Below are positions 1-12,300 of a stretch of DNA of 43,077 bases, in pieces. The stretch comes from Callorhinchus milii (taxonomy: Eukaryota): the NCBI RefSeq assembly GCF_018977255.1, contig NW_024705453.1:1-43077 (forward strand), in the 5' to 3' direction. The translations under genes were made by a program, and so were the position numbers. The notes beneath the pieces are model-generated. The model was not told the origin of the DNA. It made no database searches and saw only the letters and a program-made list of their open reading frames with translations. Numbering within the stretch: the first letter of the stretch is position 1; each line of letters opens with the position of its first letter.

Positions 1-272
1 CAGAGGCCCACTGACCTCTATATCGTTTTTTAGAAGTGACCTGGCCACAAATGATCGCACAACGAAGTGGCTTATCATGTGGAAATGTATAGCAGTCAAA
101 TACTCTAAACGCATGTTGATTCTAAATGTGGAGGGAAAAACCGGAGGACCTGGAGAAAAAACCATGTGACCACGGGGGAGAACATGCAAACTCCAAATAT
201 ACAAGCGTCAAAGTCTGGATCGAACCCAAAACCTCCTGTACACCAGGCGAGGTAGTTAACATCTCCCCACAA
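1..272 (-). mobile_element. tRNA-derived V-SINE copy (3' end cut by window edge)
   Basis: The minus strand has a box-B-like GGTTCGATCC followed by the V-domain TGGAGTTTGCATGTTCTCCCCCGTGGTCACATGG. Homologous to 1885-2198 and 15362-15656. Confidence 0.8.
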
Positions 273-1884
273 TAATGGCGGAGTGGTGGTGCAGTGGTTA
301 GCGCACTGCATCATAAACCCATAACCCAAATTAGATTGTCCGACATACATAGCAGTGACAAGTGATATCTGTACCAAGTATGGGCCTCAGATTTCACAAA
401 CCAGCATTGGCTAACGTGAACTTGTCAAAAACCCCATTGACCAACATGGCATGGGGACACCTTCATCCAGCAGTGGATTGGCAAAGGATGTCATGGATCA
501 CCTATTTATTTAATAATCTGTCAAAAGCGAGATCACAAACACAATTAAAATGTAACATCAACTGCCAAATCAGATTTGACGATGCTTTATTTTTACTTAC
601 TTTTTCAAAAGATCACAACATGCATGCACTTGCACAAACATCTTTAAAAGGAAGAAAATACAAATGCCACGATGGCATATGTTCAACATTACACCATTGC
701 CTAATAAGGGCTATTGAAAAAGCAAGCTCATGGACCAAATACTGTGCGTGATACGCGTTGAAATTAATAATATAACCAAGCAATTCTTTTTCCAAAACAA
801 TGAGGGTTTTGTTCATAATCAGCAAATATTGTTTCCAAACACTCTAGCATATAGAACCGACATGGGCTGCGAAACTTTAGAAATAAAAATTCCAGGAAGT
901 AAAAGAGAGTTTTTTTAGATTGCAGATGGCCCGAATGCAAACCGCAGCAAAGTTGTCACAAAAACCCAACTACGCGGGTGGCAGCTTCCCCTCCTGCAAG
1001 ATCGTTATTTCCCCCCTCCTACACAAACGGAGAGGCTCCGTTTCCTCTTGTGGGTGTGAGCCAAGCAAGGTCACGTGCAAGAACACTGATGGATATGAAT
1101 AACAAGTCGTGCTGAACACCAACAGTAAACACAAACGGTGAACATTAACGGTGAACCCAGGGCTGTGAAACACCGGGCTCAAGGATGAGGGCATTAATTG
1201 GTCAGCGACACTCATTCCCAGAAGAAGGCTCTAACTCCGAATTGTTAAGCGGCAGGGATTCTACTCTTAGCCAAATGTATACAATTACAAACATCCTGAA
1301 TGCCAATACAGCCAGTCACAGTTCTGTGCAATCAAAGCTTCCACAAACAACCACTCATGAAACTGCTAACACAGACATGCGGCGTTAGTTATATCATCTC
1401 TGAAATTCCAACCGCCACAACGATTACTGCAATGCTATGCTAAATAGTGAAAATATTGATCAGATAAGTACTGCAGGACCAAGGCCAAATGCCAGCAGAC
1501 ACAAATACTATGCTAATATTATACGCGCAATACTACAACTACCACTTTGTTACATTACAGGACTGTGAGAGGATGTTAATGCTCATGGAGGCCTTCTGCC
1601 AGCAGTGGACTGATCATGGCATTTGATGTTGAAGAGTAAAAAAAAAGGTCTCCTTTACAAATAACCTGTAGTCTAATGTAAAAAAATATATATTTGGTTA
1701 TGCTGCATTGGCAGTGGTGCACAAGCACAAACAACAACAAAAAAACTCACATTAATTCATAAGACTGTGGCCTTAAAAATGAATATACCAAACAGATACC
1801 GTTTCAGGCATTGACCATTCTTCATAGCAGTCTCAAAGGACTCAGATTGGTTAATAAGTAACATTAATTGAGTATTGATTCTAA

Positions 1885-2198
1885 CTAAAACTATTTTTAT
1901 TTAAAAACTAAACAATTTTTATTTTACAAAGTAAGCCCATCGAGCTCTTTTTTCAGACGCGACCTGGCCGCCAATGATAGCTCAATAAAATGGCTTCACG
2001 TATGTAAAATTCTAGCAGCCAAACTCTAAAACGCATGTTTTTAAATGTGGAAAGAAAAACCGGAAAACCCGATAAAAATCCACGTGACCATAGGGAGGAC
2101 ATGCAAACTCCAAATAAACATGCATCAGGGTCGGGATCGAATCCACGACCTCCTGTATACCAGGCAAGGTAGTTAACATCTCGGCACCACGGCACCCT
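1885..2198 (-). mobile_element. V-SINE, near full length
   Basis: Pol III box A/B-like head (GTGGTGCCGAGATG...GGATTCGATCCC), V-domain GGAGTTTGCATGTCCTCCC, (AGTTT)n-like tail. Multi-copy in the window. Confidence 0.82.
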
Positions 2199-2301
2199 CT
2201 GCTATGCTTATTACAATTAGTGCAAACATGAAAAACAATGGAGGATGACGAATGAGCGTTAGAAAATACACTCCAAGGCTACTATGCCCACTGTCCCGTA
2301 C

Positions 2302-2404
2302 CTTTGCTCTGTATTGTCACGGTAGTTGAGTCCAAAGTAATCCTTTCCAGCAGGTTGAGGTGCTCGCACACAAGGTCAAATAGGACCTGCCCTTTCGCTT
2401 GTTT
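2302..2404 (-). CDS. EPB41L3: Protein 4.1 family FERM F1 exon (two apparent 1-nt A-run deletions)
   Basis: Acceptor ccacAG|aaa and donor |GTacgg. Reads KQAKGQVLFDLVCEHLNLLE, then DYFGLNYRDNTEQ in a shifted frame. This matches 4.1-family KxxxGQVLFDKVCEHLNLLEKDYFGLTYRDxENQK. Length is 103 nt versus 105 expected. Confidence 0.92.
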
Positions 2405-2542
2405 CTGTGGAACAAAATATATCCACATAATCATCAACACCAAACTTACATAAATTTCGATTTGAATATGCAAATTATTTTGTCAAGGCGCTCTTCCTCC
2501 TCCCTCCCAGCTTAAATAGACGCTCCAAGCCCAGGACGTGTC

Positions 2543-2698
2543 ATTCAGACTCTGTCTTATCGACAGACCTGTTCTTCACCTGAGGACGGCTGCTTGCGTT
2601 GTGGCCGAAACGTCGTGAGAATTATTTTATTATGTTTTATTTTTATTATTTATTATTTCCATTCTACGTGACTTTACCGAAAGAACCAAGAAGATGAA
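2543..2698 (+). mobile_element. Short Penelope-like (pLTR-derived) element, subfamily A
   Basis: Hammerhead motif, T-rich spacer, then the conserved ctacgtgactttaccgaaagaaccaagaagatgaa. Near-identical to the copies at 16.6, 18.2-18.5 and 32.7 kb. Confidence 0.75.
2572..2621 (+). ncRNA. Minimal type I hammerhead ribozyme motif
   Basis: ttcttcac-CTGAGGA-c-GGCTGC-ttgcgtt-GTGGCC-GAAA-C-GTC-gtgagaa. It has the CUGANGA/GAAA core, stem I tcac/gtga, a 6-bp stem II, palindromic ACGU in place of stem III, and a GUC cleavage triplet at 2612-2614. Confidence 0.75.
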
Positions 2699-2917
2699 AC
2701 TTACATCATTTCATTCTCATCATCATATGAAGATGTCTACAATGTTTAATGACACGTGGCGAAATTAAAATTCCCATCACTCCTTAAATCATAGCTGTCC
2801 CAAAAACACATGTAAAAAAATGGTTATCATGGAAACATATGGTCATTGGCTAAAATAAGAAGTGACCTGTTCAATGCTAGCCAAGTGGCCACTTACATAA
2901 GCAGCTGGCAAAGTAGC

Positions 2918-3040
2918 TGAACTAAACTTTATTTTTTTTTACCAGGTAAGGCCCACTTGTGCTATATATCAGAAGTGACCTGGCCACAAATGATAGCTTG
3001 TTAGGTGGCTTACGTGGAAATTTATAGCAGCCAAATACTT
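2918..3040 (-). mobile_element. 5'-truncated V-SINE (3' part only)
   Basis: agaagtgacctggccacaaatgat...gtggaaatttatagcagccaaatact matches the 3' region of the other copies. Confidence 0.7.
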
Positions 3041-5336
3041 CACACCAACTAAAACAACAAAGGCTTATTTACATTTATAATAACGTTTATAAAGTTTTAC
3101 AAATAAACCTGGAAAGCAGCAAAGTGACAGGTGCCACAGCACAGCCGGCCACAGCTTCTAAAGGAACAGTTTGCACTTTAAAACACAAGTGCAGTAACTC
3201 GCGCATTTTCAACACCCCTTTGACAATATTTCCCTCCGCACAGAATTGTCATCGAGTTGAGAGTTATGGTCGGCGTGGCCAATTTCCATAAAGGGCATCA
3301 AAAAAGGATATAAATAAGGCCTCTCCAGCAATTGCAAATTCACAGGGAGCTATGGTTTGTCCGAGTTATTTTATTAGTTCTATTTGCCTGCATCGAATTC
3401 CCATCTGCAATATACACCGGGACCAAGATGTGTTTTTCCATATCCAGAAGGTAGGCACTAGTGGCTAAAAAGAGGCTTTAGAAGAGCCACTGTAATTGAC
3501 AATTCATTCGCATTTTTAAATAATTTATTCGCTCAAGACTGGGGAATACAAAGGTCAGTATTGTGAGCGATTTCATGGCTTATCAAGGGAGCGTGGCTTC
3601 ACAATACCCAATTCATTTCTTAAACCACGCACTAATCTTGTGGCTTTTCAACATTCGAAAATCTATTTAATTGTACGGCAACCACAACGAATTTATTTTT
3701 CCACAGATAAAGATAAATGGAAAGTGTACAATGAACACTACACCCAATTGCTGAAACATGGCTTACAAAAATCAAAACGCTAGTCTGCATGCTTCACAAA
3801 AAATAGCGTGCTTAAAATATTAACCAGCAGGATAAGATACAAAATCATATTACGAATGTCCACCTCAAACTACAGGCGATGCATTTCTGAATTGCGAGAT
3901 AGTGTTGTGCATAAAGATTATTTTGAGCCTCATTCTTACAAATTGTAATTACAATTTACAGCTCTTCGTCTATCCACTGCTAAATGTAAGGCCCCCCCCA
4001 CCTCCTCAATGCCATGTTGGTCACTGTTGCCGTTTTGACGATACTTCACCAGGCTTGTCATTGCGGAGTCAGGACCGATGCAGATATAATTCACCTCAGA
4101 CGTTAGCCATGTCGGTAAACAAACTCGGTTAATCTCATTCATAGAAGTGCGTCACCACGCCACTTGAAAAACAAATGTATGAAACCATTAAATACATGCG
4201 TGGTCAGCAAAGTGGCCAAACATGCTACGACTGCAAATTCCAGTTTTATTTGTTTATTAATAATGTGCAAATGGACATGTTTACGTTTACAAACTTGTAT
4301 ATATTTTGTGGTTCCACTTGAAATGCTGATGCAATGGTTATCAGAACACGAACCTTCATATCTATACTGTACTTTATATCTATCTTTCCCCACTGCTTTT
4401 TTTTCCACAAAAATAAGGCAGCGAAACAGAACGCACACCGGCTGAAGCTAAAAAGAACAACCACCACCCACAGGAAAATCGAAAAGTGCTATCATATTGC
4501 CTTACAGACCAGATTACATTTGACATATTAGAACTCATTACATTGAAAAATCACCAGCTATAAGCTATGGCACGGAGGAACATGCACGACCAGATAAATA
4601 CAGTGGTACCAACATGAATAATTACAATGATCATCAATCAACTGCGGTGGGGAACTTTCACCAATGGCTCAGAGCCATCATTAGAGATGATCACCGCCCT
4701 GTTTTGGTTTTTTTCAGGAGACTGCGGCTTTTAATGAAATTAATTTAAAAAAAACAATATTCCAAAAGACCAAAAACGATGGTTCTTTTATAATGGAATA
4801 TACAGGGGTACGCCCCACCCTGAATTTATCCTGGTATTGAGGACACAATGTATGCCGTAAAATGTTCACCACCGACTGCAAGCCAGGAAAGAGCAATGAG
4901 CTCAGCTACTAACTAAAACACATGTCAAGCAAAAATGGATTTTCAAGAACTCTACCGTATAACGCTCATAGCAATTTGAGCGAAATGTCGCAAGCCGATG
5001 TTAAAGTCAGTTATGAACAGTTCGGTGAGGTGCTTTATTGGCCAAAACCTGATCAACACATTGGCATACACAAATAATAATCTTTGTCAACATGTAGATG
5101 TATGTACAACTTATTTAGCAAACTACGTAGCTAACCGTGCTAATCAGAGGTGCGGGGGAAGGATGTTGGAGGGTTATCGACAAGAATGGTGCCATTAAAC
5201 TCCTACGCGGCAAAACTCAAAAACGACTCGAGCAGCCAGACGCCGCTTACGACCCCACAGCTGACCCACTATTGACATTTACAGCGCTGAGCCACGCGGA
5301 GGGCCAGGGGATGACACCGCCGTCGCAAATCCTTAC

Positions 5337-5495
5337 GTCGACGTCGCATGGGAACACGGATCCGTCAAGCAGGCTGACAGAGCAGGGCACCGTGCGCTGC
5401 TTGCGCGAGCCGCGTGCCGGGGACTTGCCGCCCTTGCTCGGGGTGCTCTTGGCCGATCCCTGGTCTCCCTTTGACAGCTTCTCCCCGTCCAGCAC
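5337..5495 (-). CDS. EPB41L3: Protein 4.1 family exon: end of the N-terminal unique region and start of the FERM domain
   Basis: Translates VLDGEKLSKGDQGSAKSTPSKGGKSPARGSRKQRTVPCSVSLLDGSVFPCDVD, matching the 4.1B FERM start as I recall it (CKVILLDGSEYTCDVE). Phase-0 donor gac|GTAAGG at 5336. The acceptor cag|gtg at 5496 is plausible but has a weak pyrimidine tract, so the 5' boundary is uncertain. Paralogue assignment (EPB41L1/2/3) is tentative. Confidence 0.85.
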
Positions 5496-6293
5496 CTGCT
5501 CTCTCACACAGCCATCGCCGACAGTTGCAGAATACACCGTGTTTTGATTTACAATGATTTGTAAAAAAACTAAGCATGTATTAGAGTGGGAATGGAAAGT
5601 GAAATAAATCAATTGCAACCATTAATGTTGAAACATAATACTGTAATCTTGCAGATGCTTCAGTCTGGCTCTTTTAAAGTTACCCAACATTTATTGTAAT
5701 TAAAGCGATTATAATTATCGTCTCGATACCTATGGATGAAACAATTGACGTCTTTCATGATTTGTAGAATTGATTATTAAGTGCATGTGAAATATCATGT
5801 GGCTGCAAGGTTTTCAATAATGAATCAACATTACATGGGAATTGGAGCGAACAATCGATTTCTTTTTTAGAACATAAGCAAACCTGGTTTGGTCAAAGTG
5901 AGGAATTGTTACAATTAAGCTTTGGCTTTAACCAGCCAGCTGTAATGTTTTTTTGGCAACGACAAAAAACGATGTTGAGCCCCACAAATAAAAAAATAAA
6001 CTTCAATACAAAAGAACCGCTTCACTCGACGATTCTTTCACGCTTCAAATATTTATCTGCGTGTGACTGCAGAAATGCCTTTAGATTTGTACGAGAAAAA
6101 GCATTCTCATAAAAACAAAAGCTCCCATGCCTGAAGTCAACACACAACTATGTCGCTGAAAACAGAAATAACATTGTGCGCCATGCAGCCTGCCTTCTTC
6201 GGGCGAGGCTTACACAGAGAAGAATGCGAGCGATTTGGCTCTTCGCAACAACAATGCAAAACAGAAGCCAAGGGGGGCTAAAAGGAGAGCACG

Positions 6294-6323
6294 NNNNNNN
6301 NNNNNNNNNNNNNNNNNNNNNNN
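6294..6323. other. Assembly gap (30 N)
   Basis: Run of N characters in the sequence. Confidence 0.99.
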
Positions 6324-9300
6324 TAAATGCAGGGAAGCGTTGAGGTGTTTCCTTGTCTGGTGACAATACATTTTGTACTCTTGGTCATAGAGCGGTGGGG
6401 CTAGTTGCTCACGGCTCATCTATTGACAATAGACGTCCTCGACCATTACCCTTAATAGACGGCATTTAGGCTTGAGGCTCACATCTCCCCCAAGCACGTC
6501 CTCTGCCCAGCGTAACTGTATTGTCTTTTGCGCGCCAAGTGCCGAAACGTTACGTGCTTCCTACTTTAGGGTCTGGACCTGGCATGGAGGCCAGGAAGGA
6601 TGCGCCGACGGGATGTCCGGGACAGTTGATTTGGCCAAGATGTTTTAGCGTCCTGTTTAGCGCAATAAGCTCTAGACTCAGCCGCGAACGCACTGTACGG
6701 AACACAGCTGGGCTGTGATTCTTTTACTTGTGTGGATTCAAGATTTTCACGTCTGGCTGGGGTAGTGCGAGACATCATTTAAGGCGTGATACAAGATAGA
6801 ATTAGCACCCCACGTTCCGAGTGGCTATAAACGCCCCCAACTTTTAATATCTTCATTAGCGAACAGAGACCCAGCCACCACACAAGATATGTTAAACTTC
6901 CCTCATGTTATCCTAACAGCTGTAGCAGACAATAAGCTAGTAATCTGGAGAGTCTATTCAACTTATCTCAGTTACGATGGCTTTGGTGCTTTAGCTAATA
7001 CACACGTAACCGCTTGCTGTGCTCTCCTCTATGGCGACTAGATGTCTCCAAACGTTGACCCATGTTATGCGTGCTTCAACCCGGATGGCTCACGGTATTG
7101 CTTTCTCCTCAACTAACAGGCAATACGGAAAAGCATGTGGGACATTACTCAGTACCGAGGAGCGCCCCCAAATTCACGTTTGCGGACACAATGTCGAGTG
7201 GGGTGGAACAGTACTTCGACAGCTAGGCCTCGCTTGTGGTATGAGATTCCGACGACTTATTCTGATGCAGCGAAAGACTTATGATAAACGCAGGAACATA
7301 AGTACAGGCGTTGGGCTATTAGCACGCTACCTTGAGGCGGATAGTTGCAGGCTCCTGTAACTGAAATTTTAGATTAAATACCTCGTGATCCGAAGGCATA
7401 TGGGGGGGCACAGGTAAATAGTGGTCAAATGGCTATTCGTCTCTCTCCTGGGCTGGATGCGAAAAGGACGTGTCCGCGGGCTCGGCTTGATCATCCAGTC
7501 ATTTTTCAATTGGTCTTTCACCCAAGAATCAGTGCTGGGTGGCAACTTTTTATTCACGATTGAGTCACTGGGGGCCGCTACACTATGCCAAGGATAGCCC
7601 CACGGCCCAGACCTTGTCCACAAGTCTGTTAAGCGCCAGTCATATCCGCTATAAGGGAATCACATTGACGCGTACAACCCATCGCACATATCAAAGGGTC
7701 AGAGAGAATATTGTATTTCGTGGGTTCTATAGACCAGGACTCGCCGTGAGTGGATTAGTCCCATATCAAAGGAGTCACCGATCTAACGCATGACGGTACC
7801 GAGTTAGAGTAATCCGCATCCTGCACCCTCCGAACACCTAATTGTGGATTAAGGCAGAAACGTAACCTCTTTGTGCAGATGCAGCCAGGTACGTAGTCTG
7901 CATCCCTATAAGTTTAGCTCGAGATATATCACGGTAGTGAGACAACTGACCGCTTTTTTGGCGGGGCCAGATGACTATAGTACGGATGTCCTGGCCATAC
8001 CGTACGAGGGGCACGGACTGGCTGCGTTTCCACGCATGACATAGCCAACGCGCACCGCGCCTGGTCGTATAATATCCATCTGTCCATACGGTTGACTAGA
8101 TGGTGTGGGGGTTAGATTGTCATGTAGCGACACCCGTTTACGCGGTGCATCTCACAAACTTATTTTCAAGACTTGTGGCCAGTGGTGGTTAAGTGCATGA
8201 TCAAATACAGATGGCGAAGCATTAGTAAGTGCTAAACCGGGCTGTATGCGACTGATGTCGCCAATACGTTGCCACGGGGAAAATATGTTGTACAGCAGGT
8301 GCAAAGAAGCGGGGAATTCCTAATAAACAAATTTATCAGGGGACTTTATGAAGGTTCGTGGTTGGGCAGTCCTGATGGGTTGTCTCCAGGCCTAGCATAA
8401 TATCCTTCCATAGGCAGAAGTTGTATACGGTTTATAGAAATGGACCCCGCACAGAACATAGTAGGAATGGTAATGGGCAATGGTATGAGTGGCTTTCCTC
8501 TAGTTTTATGGATGGATGGGGTTAGGCGCCCTCCCCTACGGGGCCTTTGACCGTGGTCGTGACAGGACAAATCCTCTTGAGCCGACCTAATAGGATGCCG
8601 TGAAATTACTCGTCGCATTGCACGTCGTTCAAGTGATAGCTGATAGAATTCCCTGCGCAACTACTACTAGTGACAGTCGTATTATATCAATATCGCCCCT
8701 TACGAACCACCGACGTTCGGGCCTAAAACAAGGCAACAAAAGAGAACTTAGTTGCATAGGGCGGATTCAAGCACAAATATGAGCCCTTTTTAAAGCTAAG
8801 TGGTATTGCTAACCTTTCAATGTATGAATCCAACCGTTAGGATCCATATACTCTGCGCGGCTAGGCCGGCAGTTGCAGGGTCGGCGAGACTCACCAACTG
8901 TGTGCAGTGTCGCGTCTTCTTCATCGTGAACCATGCGTAGACTGGGGTGGTCACTCTTATCTGGTGCGACTTAGGCTATCTAACACCTGCGCAAGAAGCT
9001 CGAGAGGTCAGCCCGGCAACTGGTCCTCGCACTATACACACCACGCTTACCGGTGATCGAACATATCACCCAGTGTCAGGAGGATAGGCGTTTCGAGGGA
9101 ATGATAATGGATCTACCTATGGCCCTACCTCGGATTGGGCAGACTGCCAATAACTGAATTCTAATGAGATTTGCGCCACGCCCATTTTCAGAGCGTTAGT
9201 CAAGACTGCGTCGCGGAAACACCACACGAATGAGTAGCCTATGTTCGCTGCGTTTGAGCGTATATTGGTACAGGAACGTTGAAGGTCAGTAAGCCACTCC

Positions 9301-12300
9301 GATTCTAGATCAGCTTAGGCAGTGTACTCGTTATTACTGATGCGCTTTCTCCTGTCTGCACTTAGTGGGGAGGTCCGCGATCTGTACCACAGTGTATTTA
9401 GCCTTCAGCACCGCGGCGCCACCGTTGATGTGCGAGTTATGCACACAGTTTTTAGTTAGCATGGATCCATATTTGATTCGTACATATGTTCTTGAAGCTC
9501 AAGGGAGTGTGGCGTTTTACGATGGAGGCCGCTTCCGGGAGCGCGTGTCCTGAACTGTGGAGAGCGAGACAGTAGCACCGATTAGAGTCTCGTCGTGTGC
9601 CATCCACTAATTTTGCACGCTGATTTTCGTTTGGATTTTGGAGATTTGATGTGGTTAGTCTTGGGACCGCCCGTCGACGATCGAAACGCTGGAAGCCTGC
9701 TTAAATTTAGGGCGGAAGTCAGGGGAGTACTAGTGAAGAAGGGACCCCAGCACGAATTACGTTATTAAGCGCGGCGGCCAAGACTTGGAGGCCGAGCTGC
9801 GCCAGCCCTGATCCGCTATAGATAATCACGTCATGCTACTTTCCTGCGTTGCTTGTCTTCACACTTGTCTACAAACCCAATACGTGCTTGTTTCCGCGTT
9901 TGTATGATGTTAGAGTAGAGCGGAGCGATACGAGCGTTCAAGAAACCGTTCTACGGCCAAACCTGAATCGCCAACAGGGTAGATAACTCCTCAAAGAGAA
10001 AGCACAATTATTAAAACAGGCCGGTCGGGTTCCACATATAAAGTCGGCCTGCGTGCATGCGTGCACCGTGTCAACCGCCGGGTCAATCTGCGGGTAGGCT
10101 CGCTCTTAAGCTGGAATCGTCGGAATATTAAAAGGTTGTATCTCTCATCGGAACCGAGATGTCACTGAAAGCAGTTTGGGTGTTGTTTGCGAGTGCTATA
10201 AGCCCGCAGTTAACAGAATTATTGTGCGCCTAGCGACTATGTGGATGGATGAACGAGCACCCCCACACGTACGCTGGTTCAATCTAGGAGGCTTGAGCCG
10301 GAGCATGATGTAGTTGATGCGGGCAGTAGTGAGCGTTCCTGACAAATCTTGTAAGTCACCAGACGAATCTTAAGTGTGAGTTAACGTACCTCGTGGGTGT
10401 AGTCCAACAAGCAAGGGGGCTTCAGAACCTCTTCCCGATCTCCCTCGTCTGGCCAGACTAACACGTAGCACACCCACTCCGACACAGCCGAAAATGTACG
10501 CGCTGTAAAGAGAGTGATTGAATTCGGACTTTGCACCGCAACGTCAGTGATACGATATAGAGTCGCACCGATGCTTAAACTCAAAGTGTTGAGCTTCCCT
10601 GTGTATGGTCTTACCTCAGCTGTCTAACGACCCGCGATAAGTCTATGCCTCGACTTCTATGGCGGAGATCACGACTCGTAACAGTGATGGATAGTGCACA
10701 TCAGGAGTACGCTTTTGAGTGCAAGCGATAGTCGGTCGTCGCCGTACTGTGCTTCTACGGAACTGGCCGGCGTTCTAGTAATCAAAGCAAACGGTTATGT
10801 CGCGGAGGAGAGACACCAGACTGAAGTACCCCATGCAGGTCATTCTCTAGAGAAGTATTAAGGACAAAGCCGTGCCTTTAGAAATATACGATGACAATTG
10901 CCGTCTGCAGTCGAGGTACAGGGTGCAATTTTAGGGAGCCGGGATAGTGGCGCTAAAGAATGTCGAGAAGAACTCCTTAACCCTTAACCAACGGTGTGTC
11001 ATCGACCGATAGGGAACGGGCGATACACGCTTTGGACTGCCTAGCGCAAATACCGTACGTAACGGGAGGCCCGCTTATCGGACCGCGTAGGGACTAGTTT
11101 CGTTGGCATGATGAATTAAAGGTGCAATACATATGTAGGAAGGGAAGGTCGTAGTTACCCCGGCAGCGCTAGTTTATTTTGCGGGTTGGATTTGAAGCAG
11201 TCTCGAAATCCGCTACAGAGTCTGTTATTGGCTGTGATTGTCATCGGGCTAATTCTGTGTCTGGGGATCTAAGTGATTTTAGACTTCTGACAATAGAATA
11301 AACTGCGTCCTAGCGGGTTGTATTCCGATTGTGTTATATCGTCTTTGCTGCCGGGCGCCTAATAATGGCTTCACTATTTAACCTAAGGGGGCATGTACAT
11401 TAGCGTGTCCCCATTATCTACCACTGTCCGCGGAATCTGTACATGATTCAGACCTAACGTGGGTGATTCACTCATGAAGATAAGGGACTGGAACCCCATC
11501 GGATAGGACTAAGAATTTGAATATAAATTGCGGGTGGCCGAATACGTATAAGCAGGTAGATCATATCGTTCGCTGCGTGTACCGGTACAGGGGAGTAGAT
11601 ATTGCCCCGGTCTATATCCATTGCACACATGCTCGCGCGGTCACCTCCGCCACCGGACATAAACGCCATTTTGGGGTGGGACGACTTTGAATTCTTCAGT
11701 GTGAGCTGTTGGACAGCCGGCGGTATTAGATTGAGTCGCGCTTCGAAAGCCCTAGCACTCCCCTCCGTAAGCGATCGAGGGACTTGAACTTGGGAACAGC
11801 CAGTGACCATGGGCAAGGTGACAAATGGGTCTGTCCAAACACCACATGCGTCCTTATTGGTAGATCAGGAGTCTCCGAGGGCTTAGCTGAGCCAACACCA
11901 TTGCAGGACAGGCTCGGGGGAAAGAGTATGCGAGCAGTCTTTCAAGCCTGCAAAATATGCCAATAAACCAGGGAAACGACCTTCTGTTTACGAGTTAATA
12001 TAACATACTGTAGGGGACCCACGAATAGGTTGAGCAAAGCTATGACGATCGTCCTATTAAGAACGTAAGCTGGCAATGAGGCGTGTTGTTCACAAATTCA
12101 GGAGAAAGCGAAGTGCCAGCGTAGCCATGTCTAGGGCATCATGATAGAGACAAATTTCAATAATAACCTCGGATAGCAGAGGAGCACCTATTGTCGCGCT
12201 CTTGCAGAAGCCGGGTAGACATTTCCCAATAATACTGGGCGCGCGAGCTGACTGGATCTCTCCCAAGCAACGGTAAGTTGATAATGGCAGGTGGGTACAA

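Noticed and set aside
283..320. tRNA gene
   Set aside because: Only a box-A-like head, with no complete cloverleaf or terminator; best explained as a SINE remnant.
970..1215. Possible next FERM exon (VTLLGSH resembling ALLGSY)
   Set aside because: The intervening NWLDP and VKFYPPDP exons are not seen, and the surrounding residues do not fit the FERM F2 sequence.
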